DNA of 57,505 nt from Candidatus Tayloriibacteriota bacterium (GTDB lineage Bacteria > Patescibacteriota > Minisyncoccia > Phycocordibacterales > PALSA-1337), in the NCBI GenBank assembly GCA_037129895.1, contig JBAXUB010000007.1, positions 1 through 57,505 on the forward strand, given 5' to 3'. Shown here piece after piece: positions 28,298-36,373 of the stretch (its first letter is position 1; every line of letters starts with the position of its first letter). The notes beneath the pieces were generated by a model. The model searched no databases, was not told where the DNA came from, and worked only from the letters and a program-made list of their open reading frames with translations. The position numbers and the translations under genes were made by a program.

Positions 28298-29782
28298 GTG
28301 CAGTCTATAGGAGACTGCTACGACATCACAGGGAGTCACCCTGTACAAATATTTATTTCTGTTCGAGACCCTGAGTCTGATCTAATGGCTTTGTGGGTAC
28401 AATATGGTGATAGTGACGGGTATGTAAATACTGATAATGGAAATGCTTTCGGTGGTAATATATCTAAAGATTATTCGTCTATTGGCGACAAAATTACAAA
28501 TATCAAGGTTATTGATGAACACGGTGCAGTTTCTAATATAGTGTCTGTTACTTCAAAAGTTGTAGCGAATTGTAACCCGGCTCCGACTGTTACACTTACT
28601 GCTTCACCGACGCAAGTCGGAACGAATAGTGACTCAGAACTTAGTTGGACTTCAACAAATGCTACAGCATGTGTTACTGCTGGTGATTGGACGGTACCAC
28701 AGAGAGCTACTAGTACAATTAATTATAATACCGGTCCACTTACGATAGAAAAAAATTATACGTATTCAATCAGTTGCACTGGTCCAGGTGGTAAAAGTGC
28801 GACCAGTACGGCAACAGTAACAGCGACGGGTCCTATAACACTAACATGTACGCCGAGTATAGAGACTGTCAGTCCTAATGGAGAGAATGTTACATTTACA
28901 GCAAATATTGTAGGAGTTTCAAAACCTAATTATGATTGGGGTGTGTCCATACTACCAGTACGAGCTATGACACAAAATTCATCATCCGCGTCGTATAAAT
29001 ATCTTGCGGTAAATTATAGTCCAAACAGTACAGGTCCAACATTCCACGTAGTTGATTCGTCAGAACCTCAGCAGCGCAGTGCATCTGTAACCTGTGCAAG
29101 TTTACCGGCATATGTTCCACTAAATATATCATGTAATTTGTCGGCTAATCCGCAATTCTTATTTACAACCGGTAATACTAAACTGTCATGGACGTCGACC
29201 AATGCGACAAGTTGCTCAATTGATAATGTACCAGCTAAGGATTCTAATGTACCTACAGGATCACTGGGAAGTGGGAATATAGTATTAAATACAACATCCA
29301 CCGGAGTTACAAGGTTTACAATGACATGTCTCAATCCACTAGCCGCAAATACTACGTGTAAAAGTTCAGTCGACGTAACAGTCGGTGATGGAACAGCTGA
29401 CGCCATTTTATGGTTTGATTCTCAGTTTACAGGCCAAAATGGAGCACCGTTATTGACCGCCATACAAGCCAAGCCACCTCTCACTGTTAATCAGGGTACA
29501 GATGTAACTATAAAGACAGACTTTGATACGAGCGTTATTGAATCCTGTACTGGTATTAAGAAATCGGGTCCGTCAGGCGCTGCGATGAATATGTGGACAA
29601 CTTTATATATTTCTCCTCAGACAAAGACTGTCACACTGACAGGAACCAGTCTATCGATCGGTACATATGAACTTGGTCTAAGTTGTAAGGGTTACACACC
29701 AGCTGTAGGTACTGCTCAAACATACCCGAGTGACAATACAATCCGTTTGAAGGTTATAAACTCCGTATTACGAGAGATTTAA
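28298..29782 (+). CDS. Paralog fragment with no signal peptide: PKD-like module, SW-S-NAT-C modules and the shared C-terminal module
   Basis: 494 aa from a GTG. The frame is open from 28223, and the upstream translation (PANTVVHPNTAPVFNN) aligns with the linker preceding the PKD-like module in B and C. There is no in-frame ATG and no signal peptide. Confidence 0.65.
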   Translation: MQSIGDCYDITGSHPVQIFISVRDPESDLMALWVQYGDSDGYVNTDNGNAFGGNISKDYSSIGDKITNIKVIDEHGAVSNIVSVTSKVVANCNPAPTVTLTASPTQVGTNSDSELSWTSTNATACVTAGDWTVPQRATSTINYNTGPLTIEKNYTYSISCTGPGGKSATSTATVTATGPITLTCTPSIETVSPNGENVTFTANIVGVSKPNYDWGVSILPVRAMTQNSSSASYKYLAVNYSPNSTGPTFHVVDSSEPQQRSASVTCASLPAYVPLNISCNLSANPQFLFTTGNTKLSWTSTNATSCSIDNVPAKDSNVPTGSLGSGNIVLNTTSTGVTRFTMTCLNPLAANTTCKSSVDVTVGDGTADAILWFDSQFTGQNGAPLLTAIQAKPPLTVNQGTDVTIKTDFDTSVIESCTGIKKSGPSGAAMNMWTTLYISPQTKTVTLTGTSLSIGTYELGLSCKGYTPAVGTAQTYPSDNTIRLKVINSVLREI

Positions 29783-29823
29783 ATGTATTGTGTAGGTTAA
29801 AGAGACGCCGTACACCGTCGTAT

Positions 29824-29852
29824 TTGACTTCAAGCCTATATTTTGATAGCCT
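29824..29852 (+). promoter_or_regulatory. Candidate sigma70-type promoter for rpsB-tsf
   Basis: TTGACT (29824-29829), 17-nt spacer ending in TGa, then TAGCCT (29847-29852). Confidence 0.4.
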
Positions 29853-29863
29853 ATATGGTACAT

Positions 29864-30562
29864 ATGGATACAAAAAAGACCATCGATTCGATGTTTGCAG
29901 CCGGAGCCCATTTTGGACTTGGCCGCTCACGTAGACACCCAACAGTTGCTCCATTCATTTTCGGTACAAAGAACAGTACCGACATATTCGATTTGGAAAA
30001 GACTGAAGGTTTACTTACAAAAACAAAGACTTTTATCAATACATTAGCCAAGGAAGGCAAGGTTGTTCTATTCGTAGGTGGCAAGAAAGAGGCATCTCAG
30101 AGCGTCAAGAACACGGCCCAGTCACTCAATATGCCTTATGTCGACGGTCGTTGGATTGGAGGCACCATAACCAATTTTGGACAGGTAAGGAAGCGTATAG
30201 AACGCTATGAGAAGCTAGTTTCTGACAAGGAGAAGGGAGAACTTGCAAAATACACCAAGCGTGAGCGTATGCTCATAGACAAGGAGATCGCATCTTTGGA
30301 AAAGATGTTCTTCGGTATAGTATCTCTAAAGAAAGCACCTGATGCACTATTTATCATAGATCCTCGACGTGAGAAGATCGCCCTCAAGGAAGCTTTGGAT
30401 TTCGAAATACCAGTTATAGCCCTTTGTGGTTCTGACTGCAATATTAGTGAGGTCAAGTATCCAGTAGTCGGTAATGACACATCAAAGGCAAGTATACAGT
30501 ACTTCCTAAGTGAGATTTCTACTGCTTATCAGAGTGGAAAAAAAGTACAAGTACAAGCTTAG
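29864..30562 (+). CDS. rpsB: 30S ribosomal protein S2
   Basis: S2 signatures (AGAHFGLGRSRRHP, VLFVGGKK, GRWIGGTITNF, PDALFIIDP). The start could be 29843, 29855 or 29864. 29864 was chosen from the promoter position. Confidence 0.93.
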   Translation: MDTKKTIDSMFAAGAHFGLGRSRRHPTVAPFIFGTKNSTDIFDLEKTEGLLTKTKTFINTLAKEGKVVLFVGGKKEASQSVKNTAQSLNMPYVDGRWIGGTITNFGQVRKRIERYEKLVSDKEKGELAKYTKRERMLIDKEIASLEKMFFGIVSLKKAPDALFIIDPRREKIALKEALDFEIPVIALCGSDCNISEVKYPVVGNDTSKASIQYFLSEISTAYQSGKKVQVQA

Positions 30563-30723
30563 TTTATACAATTAAATGATCGTCCATGTTAAGTCCATTC
30601 CTCCTGCGATATAGAAAGAAACGGATTTCCGAGCTAGAAGATCTGAGTAAAGGCGTTGCCCAATCAGACCCAAAGAAGCAAACATTAACAAGGAAACAGA
30701 TAGATATTCAGTCAAAAACAACC

Positions 30724-31341
30724 ATGCCATCAAATAGTAAACCAACAACTCCAGTTATAACAACAGAATTGATCAAGGAACTTCGCGATCAAACAGGTAT
30801 ATCTATAATGCAATGCAAAAAAGCATTGGAAGAAGCTGGTGGTGATATGGAGAAGGCGCTCGTTATATTAAGGAAGAAAAGTGGCGAAATTTCGGCCAAA
30901 AAAGGGGATAGGACGTTCAAAGCAGGTACAGTACAAGCATACATTCATGCCAATGGTAACGTAGGTACGATAGTCGAATTGAACTGCGAAAGCGACTTTG
31001 TCTCAGGAAATGAGGAATTTATAGCTTTGGCTAGAAATATTGCGATGCACATAACCGCGACAAACCCGAAGTTTTTGAAGAAAGAAGATATAACAGAAGA
31101 AGACAAGCGCGCTGCCAAGGAAGTATTCGAAAACGAGGTCAAAGGCAAGCCAGAAGCAGTAAAGAAAACCATATTGGACGGAAAGTTGAACGCGTACTTT
31201 GCAGAAATGGTGCTGATGGATCAACCATTTATAAAGAATAGCGAGATGACGATACAGCAATTAGTAGATGCAGCAGTACAGAAGTTCGGAGAGAAGATGG
31301 CGGTAGGGAGATACAAGAGATTCAAGATCCTTGAGAGCTAA
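30724..31341 (+). CDS. tsf: Elongation factor Ts (short form)
   Basis: An ATG at 30724 gives 205 aa. UBA-like start ELIKELRDQTGISIMQCKKALEEAGGDMEKA, then the IVELNCESDFV core. The upstream part of the 251-aa ORF is not EF-Ts-like. Confidence 0.9.
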   Translation: MPSNSKPTTPVITTELIKELRDQTGISIMQCKKALEEAGGDMEKALVILRKKSGEISAKKGDRTFKAGTVQAYIHANGNVGTIVELNCESDFVSGNEEFIALARNIAMHITATNPKFLKKEDITEEDKRAAKEVFENEVKGKPEAVKKTILDGKLNAYFAEMVLMDQPFIKNSEMTIQQLVDAAVQKFGEKMAVGRYKRFKILES

Positions 31342-31349
31342 ACAAAAGA

Positions 31350-31724
31350 ATGTACGTAATAATATCAATATTTTACATATCACTCATCGGCATCATCATC
31401 ATGCCGCTTTTGAAGCGTCATGAGGTGAAAACGGGCAAAGCAACGATAGTAAATAGGTTGGGAAGAGGAACGGATCATATATTTCAGCATATCTTTACGT
31501 CTGTTCGTAAGGCGATATCATATGTAAATAAGAAAACATTCATTGCACTAGCTCAATGGATCGCTTACCATATCCTATTCCATATTCGCAAGGTTTATGT
31601 AGATCTGAAACACCTGTTCATCTCCAATCCTCATGGTAAGAAATTGATAGACGCAGTCAGGGGCAGAGGAGATGTAAAGGATCATGGAGCGTCATTCTAT
31701 TTGAGAAGGATCTCTGATAGATAA
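31350..31724 (+). CDS. Hypothetical membrane-associated protein
   Basis: 124 aa, with an N-terminal TM helix and a basic remainder. No recognisable motif. Confidence 0.45.
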   Translation: MYVIISIFYISLIGIIIMPLLKRHEVKTGKATIVNRLGRGTDHIFQHIFTSVRKAISYVNKKTFIALAQWIAYHILFHIRKVYVDLKHLFISNPHGKKLIDAVRGRGDVKDHGASFYLRRISDR

Positions 31725-31821
31725 TTGGGTACACTGTTTACTTTAGAGAAAATTATTGCTAGTATTTCATGGAACTTTTGCATTGATTTATGCGCCACGT
31801 TAGCTGTCTTGAAAATTTCAC

Positions 31822-31897
31822 GCCACCTTAGCTCAGTTGGTAGAGCAACGCTTTTGTAAAGCGAAGGTCCCCAGTTCAAGTCTGGGAGGTGGCTCCA
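31822..31897 (+). tRNA. tRNA-Thr (anticodon UGU), CCA encoded
   Basis: Manual cloverleaf: acceptor GCCACCT/AGGTGGC, D-arm GCTC-AGTTGGTA-GAGC, anticodon loop TTTGTAA, T-arm CCCAG-TTCAAGT-CTGGG. There is an A27-A43 mismatch. Confidence 0.85.
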
Positions 31898-31914
31898 AAA
31901 AGTCTCATAGTCAG

Positions 31915-32595
31915 TTACTGGTTACGAATAATTTTCGAGGAAGTTGCGGTACTGGTTGCCGTCAGGATCGGCAATATTTTCTCGATACTTTCTATAGATT
32001 GTAATCCGCTCAACGTCTTTCCGCCGATAACAATATTCGGAAATGGTTCAGCGATTTTGTGAATATTCGCCAATGTTCTTACCGCTGACACGTCAAGATC
32101 ATGATCGAATGAATATACTCGCAATACATCAGGATTGTGTTGTCTCAGATAGGTCAGTATTTGACCTTGTCTATCACAATCAGGACAATTCGCTTTGTAG
32201 AAATACAGGATCGTAACAGGCCTAGATGGGCACTTCGATGCTGCAGAATTACTGAGCAGGTAGTCTCGAATCTCGAGAAGTGAGTAGTATTTCTTTAGAG
32301 TTACAACATCTGTATCGTTACCTCTTCCTATAGATTCCATGTAAGAGAGTTTATCTGACAAACTGCCAAGTTCCTGACCAATTGATGAATTGAATAGATC
32401 ACTGCATGAAGCATCTCTCAATAGATTGAACTGTACATCAGATGAAAGAAGGTTAACTGATATAGAGTCCTGAATATTGCGTAGTTCATCAACTCGTTGG
32501 CTGTTGATCCAGGAACTTATGAGTAGTGCCGTTACAACTATAGCAGCAGTAAATATGAACGTAATTATGTATCTTTTCCAATCGAATATATGCAT
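31915..32595 (-). CDS. Membrane-anchored thioredoxin-fold protein with CPDC redox motif
   Basis: 226 aa. N-terminal TM helix, then a C-terminal segment (ILYFYKANCPDCDRQGQIL) typical of a CxxC thiol:disulfide oxidoreductase. It starts 3 nt after the GT2 stop. Confidence 0.65.
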   Translation of the reverse strand: MHIFDWKRYIITFIFTAAIVVTALLISSWINSQRVDELRNIQDSISVNLLSSDVQFNLLRDASCSDLFNSSIGQELGSLSDKLSYMESIGRGNDTDVVTLKKYYSLLEIRDYLLSNSAASKCPSRPVTILYFYKANCPDCDRQGQILTYLRQHNPDVLRVYSFDHDLDVSAVRTLANIHKIAEPFPNIVIGGKTLSGLQSIESIEKILPILTATSTATSSKIIRNQ

Positions 32596-32598
32596 ATG

Positions 32599-33849
32599 TT
32601 ATCTCCAAGACATCTTCTTTTGTAGGGCGACGTTATATAGGGATTTGATAACCCATAATGGAGCTATAAATGAATATAAACATACATAGGGAACAATCTC
32701 AAGTACTTTAGGCTTGTTGTCCGTAGATATCCGAGAGCCGAGAATTATGAAAATCAGAACTATAGACATAGCCGCAATTCCACAGAATAGAAGCGGGGTA
32801 GTCTGTATATAGAACCAATTGAATGATGGCCATGACCATTCGAACATATTGAGTCCTATCGAGGAGTATCTCAGATACCAAGCTTGGACCATCGTTATGA
32901 GATCATAGCCTATCGAAGTTATAACGAATAGAACACATATTGATGACACTATCATGAATGGCATAACGAACATGCCAATATTCCCGTATTTGAGATTGAA
33001 TAACATATGCTTGTAGTCCCGCGCATTGTTGAGAAATCCAGAAGTCCACCTAACCCTTTGCTTGTATAAAGTCTTGACGCCTCTAGGTGATGAAGTATAG
33101 ACAACAGCATCATGAGCACTAGCTATATGCATTCCATTGACCTGCATACGCATTGCCATTTCCATATCCTCTGTATTGTGAGCTTTCCTATAATAGCCGA
33201 CGATTTCAAATACCTCCCTTCTGAATATTGAAAATGGTCCAGGTGTCACATATAGAGCATTCATCTCAGCTAGGATGGCCCTCATGAATGCCCCTATAAC
33301 ATATTCAACTTTCTGAATCTTCTGTATCAATGTCTTTGGTTCGAATACTTGTAGAGATGGAACTACAGCCATGACTTCTGGTCTGTCGAACTTCATTATG
33401 ATCCGAGCCAATGAATCAGGACGTGCATAAGAATCTGCATCCAAACATCCAACAAACTCTGTATTGGACTGTTGTAGGGCAAGATTTAATGCCGTGTGTT
33501 TTCCTCCATTTTCCTTATTCAATATTTCGATATGAGGGTAGTTACGATATGATTCCAAGACCTTCAAGGTATTGTCAGTAGAGCCATCATTAACCACAAC
33601 GATTTTCAATTTTGTCTGTGGATATTCCAGTGCTAGCAATGAGTCTAAAGTTTTACTAACTGTATGTTCTTCATTGAAGCAGGGAACAATGACGGTCACA
33701 CGGGGCAGATCATCTCCAGTTCTAGTCTTCACCGAGAATACACCGTGAATCTTCTTCCTGCGCTCAATGTACGTTACGAGTAGAAATATCTCGTAATACA
33801 GTGAGACGAATAGTATGGCCAAGGTTAGGATATCCCTCCATGAATTCAT
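32599..33849 (-). CDS. Processive family-2 glycosyltransferase (PgaC/IcaA/cellulose-synthase-like polysaccharide synthase)
   Basis: 416 aa. N-terminal TM helix, VIVPCFNEE, VNDGSTDNT, CLDADS, NTEDMEM, QRVRW (QxxRW), and a C-terminal multi-TM bundle. Confidence 0.85.
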   Translation of the reverse strand: MNSWRDILTLAILFVSLYYEIFLLVTYIERRKKIHGVFSVKTRTGDDLPRVTVIVPCFNEEHTVSKTLDSLLALEYPQTKLKIVVVNDGSTDNTLKVLESYRNYPHIEILNKENGGKHTALNLALQQSNTEFVGCLDADSYARPDSLARIIMKFDRPEVMAVVPSLQVFEPKTLIQKIQKVEYVIGAFMRAILAEMNALYVTPGPFSIFRREVFEIVGYYRKAHNTEDMEMAMRMQVNGMHIASAHDAVVYTSSPRGVKTLYKQRVRWTSGFLNNARDYKHMLFNLKYGNIGMFVMPFMIVSSICVLFVITSIGYDLITMVQAWYLRYSSIGLNMFEWSWPSFNWFYIQTTPLLFCGIAAMSIVLIFIILGSRISTDNKPKVLEIVPYVCLYSFIAPLWVIKSLYNVALQKKMSWR

Positions 33850-33908
33850 GCCGATAGTATCGCATTATTTGTGAGATTTTCCAAGCCAGACATGGTAAAA
33901 TATGGCAA

Positions 33909-34892
33909 ATGCATTACATTCAGAGAAACATGCTACTGCTCATTGTTCTATGTGTAACGATATTGGGTATTACGGCGGCGTCGCGTATCTCCAATGAATC
34001 ATTGACCAAGCCAACTATAGCTGTCGATTCAAATACGAGTCTAGTTGATCAAGGCAATGCCGATAGAGATAATTCTTCAGGTATATATACCGGAAATGAT
34101 ATTTCCGCGCCCACTGAAGCTTCCAAGGTGGTTCAGCCACAAGTAATGATTAACAAAGACGGTATCTCTGCTCTGGCATATATAGCGGCTAATGTAGAAA
34201 CAGGCGAGATCTATGTAGAGAGAAATTCGTCAGAGGTTCTACCCGTTGCCTCGATGTCCAAATTGGTTACAGCTTTCGCTGCGACAGATATATTGGCCGC
34301 ATCGACTAGTATTACGATATCAAAATTTGCTGCAGACGTTCCGCCAGATGGAAGTGGTATCAGAGAGGGTGAGACATACACACTGGACGAAATACTGTAT
34401 CCATTGCTCTTGGACTCATCAAATATAGCGGCTGAAGCCCTATCGTCATCAACTACCAAGCGCTCAAAGTTTCTCGAACTTATGAGCAGTTATGCCTGGG
34501 AAATCGGCATGAGCTCGGCATATTTCGCGGACCCATCTGGCGTCAGTTCACATAATGCTGCTAGTGCTTTCGATCTATTGGCACTGGCAAAATACCTCTA
34601 CAAATTTAGACCTGATATATTGGCTCTGACTCGCACTTATATGTATGAAGTATCTACAACAACCGAACATGATTCACATACATTCGTTAGTACACACCCG
34701 TTCGTAAACGATGTCAATTTTATTGGTGGCAAGACTGGCCGAACTCCAGAAGCTGGTGATACGATGCTCACCATCATGAATGTTGGTGGCAACCCAGTGG
34801 CCATCATTGTCTTGGGGTCAAATTATAATACGCGAGCAATAGATACAAGAAAGATACTCGATACTGTGACGAGGATGATCAAAACGCAGTAG
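33909..34892 (+). CDS. D-alanyl-D-alanine carboxypeptidase (PBP5/6-type, S11)
   Basis: 327 aa. Signal/anchor sequence, SMSK (SxxK), DSSN (SxN) and GGKTGRT (KTG) motifs. Confidence 0.85.
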   Translation: MHYIQRNMLLLIVLCVTILGITAASRISNESLTKPTIAVDSNTSLVDQGNADRDNSSGIYTGNDISAPTEASKVVQPQVMINKDGISALAYIAANVETGEIYVERNSSEVLPVASMSKLVTAFAATDILAASTSITISKFAADVPPDGSGIREGETYTLDEILYPLLLDSSNIAAEALSSSTTKRSKFLELMSSYAWEIGMSSAYFADPSGVSSHNAASAFDLLALAKYLYKFRPDILALTRTYMYEVSTTTEHDSHTFVSTHPFVNDVNFIGGKTGRTPEAGDTMLTIMNVGGNPVAIIVLGSNYNTRAIDTRKILDTVTRMIKTQ

Positions 34893-35628
34893 ATAGTAGT
34901 TGTTTTGTCTCATCTGGACTATGAACTTGTATACAATCGATACCAGAGGCTTTAACAGGGAAATCATTTCCGCCTGAAAATATCGCATCACCGATAAATA
35001 TTAGTGACTCCGGTCCGACCTTCAAATATTCTTCAACCTTGCGTATACCGTAGCCTTTATTGACGCCTCTCTTGGTTATGTCTACCGATGTTAGGCCACC
35101 GATTCTCACGTCATAATTTGGTAGCTTACTTTTCAGTTCCTCTACGATCTTGCTCCTGAATATACGCTCCCTGTCCCACTTTTCCTTGAGTTCCGTTGGT
35201 GCGTTCTCTCCCAGACCAGAAAAAGTAATCTGTGTGCCTCGATCTTGTATAACCGATCCGAAAGTTTTCTCCGGCATTGACCAACCGAGCTTACGCAAAG
35301 CAGTATTCAGGGAAACAAATATTTCTTCTTTACTCTTTGCTGCTATATGTTCGGTGTAAACTTCAGTCCATGCACCTTTCCAGGTCAGCATTTTCGAAGC
35401 TGAAGAAGGTAGGATTAACAGGTTCGTGAGTATATTCGCATTCGTACGGAATGAGTTGAGAAACTGCGTCTCGATCTTCGGAAATCCACACCCTGATATG
35501 ATCACGACTTTTCGTTCCACTAGCAGTTTCGTCAATAACTCGGCCATCTCTGCATCTAGAACACCGCCGTTCGGTACTAGAGTGCCATTGAAGGAAAATA
35601 TGACTACCTTTTTTTCCGGTTTAATCAT
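34879..35628 (-). CDS. HAD-IIB (Cof/PMM-like) family protein with a degenerate motif I
   Basis: 249 aa. Motif II (VVIISG), motif III Lys (DITKRGVNKG) and motif IV (GDAIFSGGNDFP) are present. Motif I reads FSFNGT instead of DxDGT. Confidence 0.65.
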   Translation of the reverse strand: MIKPEKKVVIFSFNGTLVPNGGVLDAEMAELLTKLLVERKVVIISGCGFPKIETQFLNSFRTNANILTNLLILPSSASKMLTWKGAWTEVYTEHIAAKSKEEIFVSLNTALRKLGWSMPEKTFGSVIQDRGTQITFSGLGENAPTELKEKWDRERIFRSKIVEELKSKLPNYDVRIGGLTSVDITKRGVNKGYGIRKVEEYLKVGPESLIFIGDAIFSGGNDFPVKASGIDCIQVHSPDETKQLLSTAF

Positions 35629-35643
35629 GGCTTTTATATTATA

Positions 35644-36321
35644 TTATTTGTGGGCCGTAATCGAAATGATTTTACCATCATCGATCTTCACGACTTTTTC
35701 CGCATTGCGGCCATATTCTTCCTCATGCGTTACCATGATGATCGTCTGTCCTTCTTTGTGTAGTTTTAGGAATATATCCATAATGATTCTCGATGATTCA
35801 TTGTCTAGGTTAGCCGTTGGTTCATCTGCAAAGAGAATCTTTGGATTGTGAGCGATAGACCTCGAGATACTAACTCTCTGTTGCTCACCACCAGATAGCT
35901 GACTAGGTAATTGTTCCAGGTGTGGACTCATTTTCACCCTGTCGAGTGCGTCCGCGGCTTGTTTATAGGCTTTTGCTTTCGGTAAACCCTTCATAAGTAG
36001 TGGCAATGCAACGTTCTCGAGTGCGTTTAGTTCAGGAATCAGGGCATAATCCTGGAATACGTAGCCAAGCTCCGACAATCTGAATAAAGTCTTTTCATCA
36101 TTACTCATATTATGCGCAATATGTCCGTCAATAACGATCTCACCACTCGTTGGTTCATCGAGCAAACTCATCTGATACAAGAGAGTACTCTTGCCGGCTC
36201 CAGATCGGCCCATTATAGCTATAAATTCTCCTTCCTTGACCTTGAGGTCGATGCCTTTCAATACTTCAGTTACGGAAGTTCCGTTTTGAAATGATTTTTT
36301 GAGATTACGTGTTTCTATCAT
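35644..36321 (-). CDS. ABC transporter ATP-binding protein (MacB/LolD-type)
   Basis: 225 aa. Walker A GRSGAGKST, signature LSGGEQQRVSISR, Walker B ILFADEPT, H-loop VTHE. Confidence 0.93.
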   Translation of the reverse strand: MIETRNLKKSFQNGTSVTEVLKGIDLKVKEGEFIAIMGRSGAGKSTLLYQMSLLDEPTSGEIVIDGHIAHNMSNDEKTLFRLSELGYVFQDYALIPELNALENVALPLLMKGLPKAKAYKQAADALDRVKMSPHLEQLPSQLSGGEQQRVSISRSIAHNPKILFADEPTANLDNESSRIIMDIFLKLHKEGQTIIMVTHEEEYGRNAEKVVKIDDGKIISITAHK

Positions 36322-36373
36322 ATGTGTTATTGAATATTTTTCAGAATAATTATACCATCAATCTGTTATCGGG

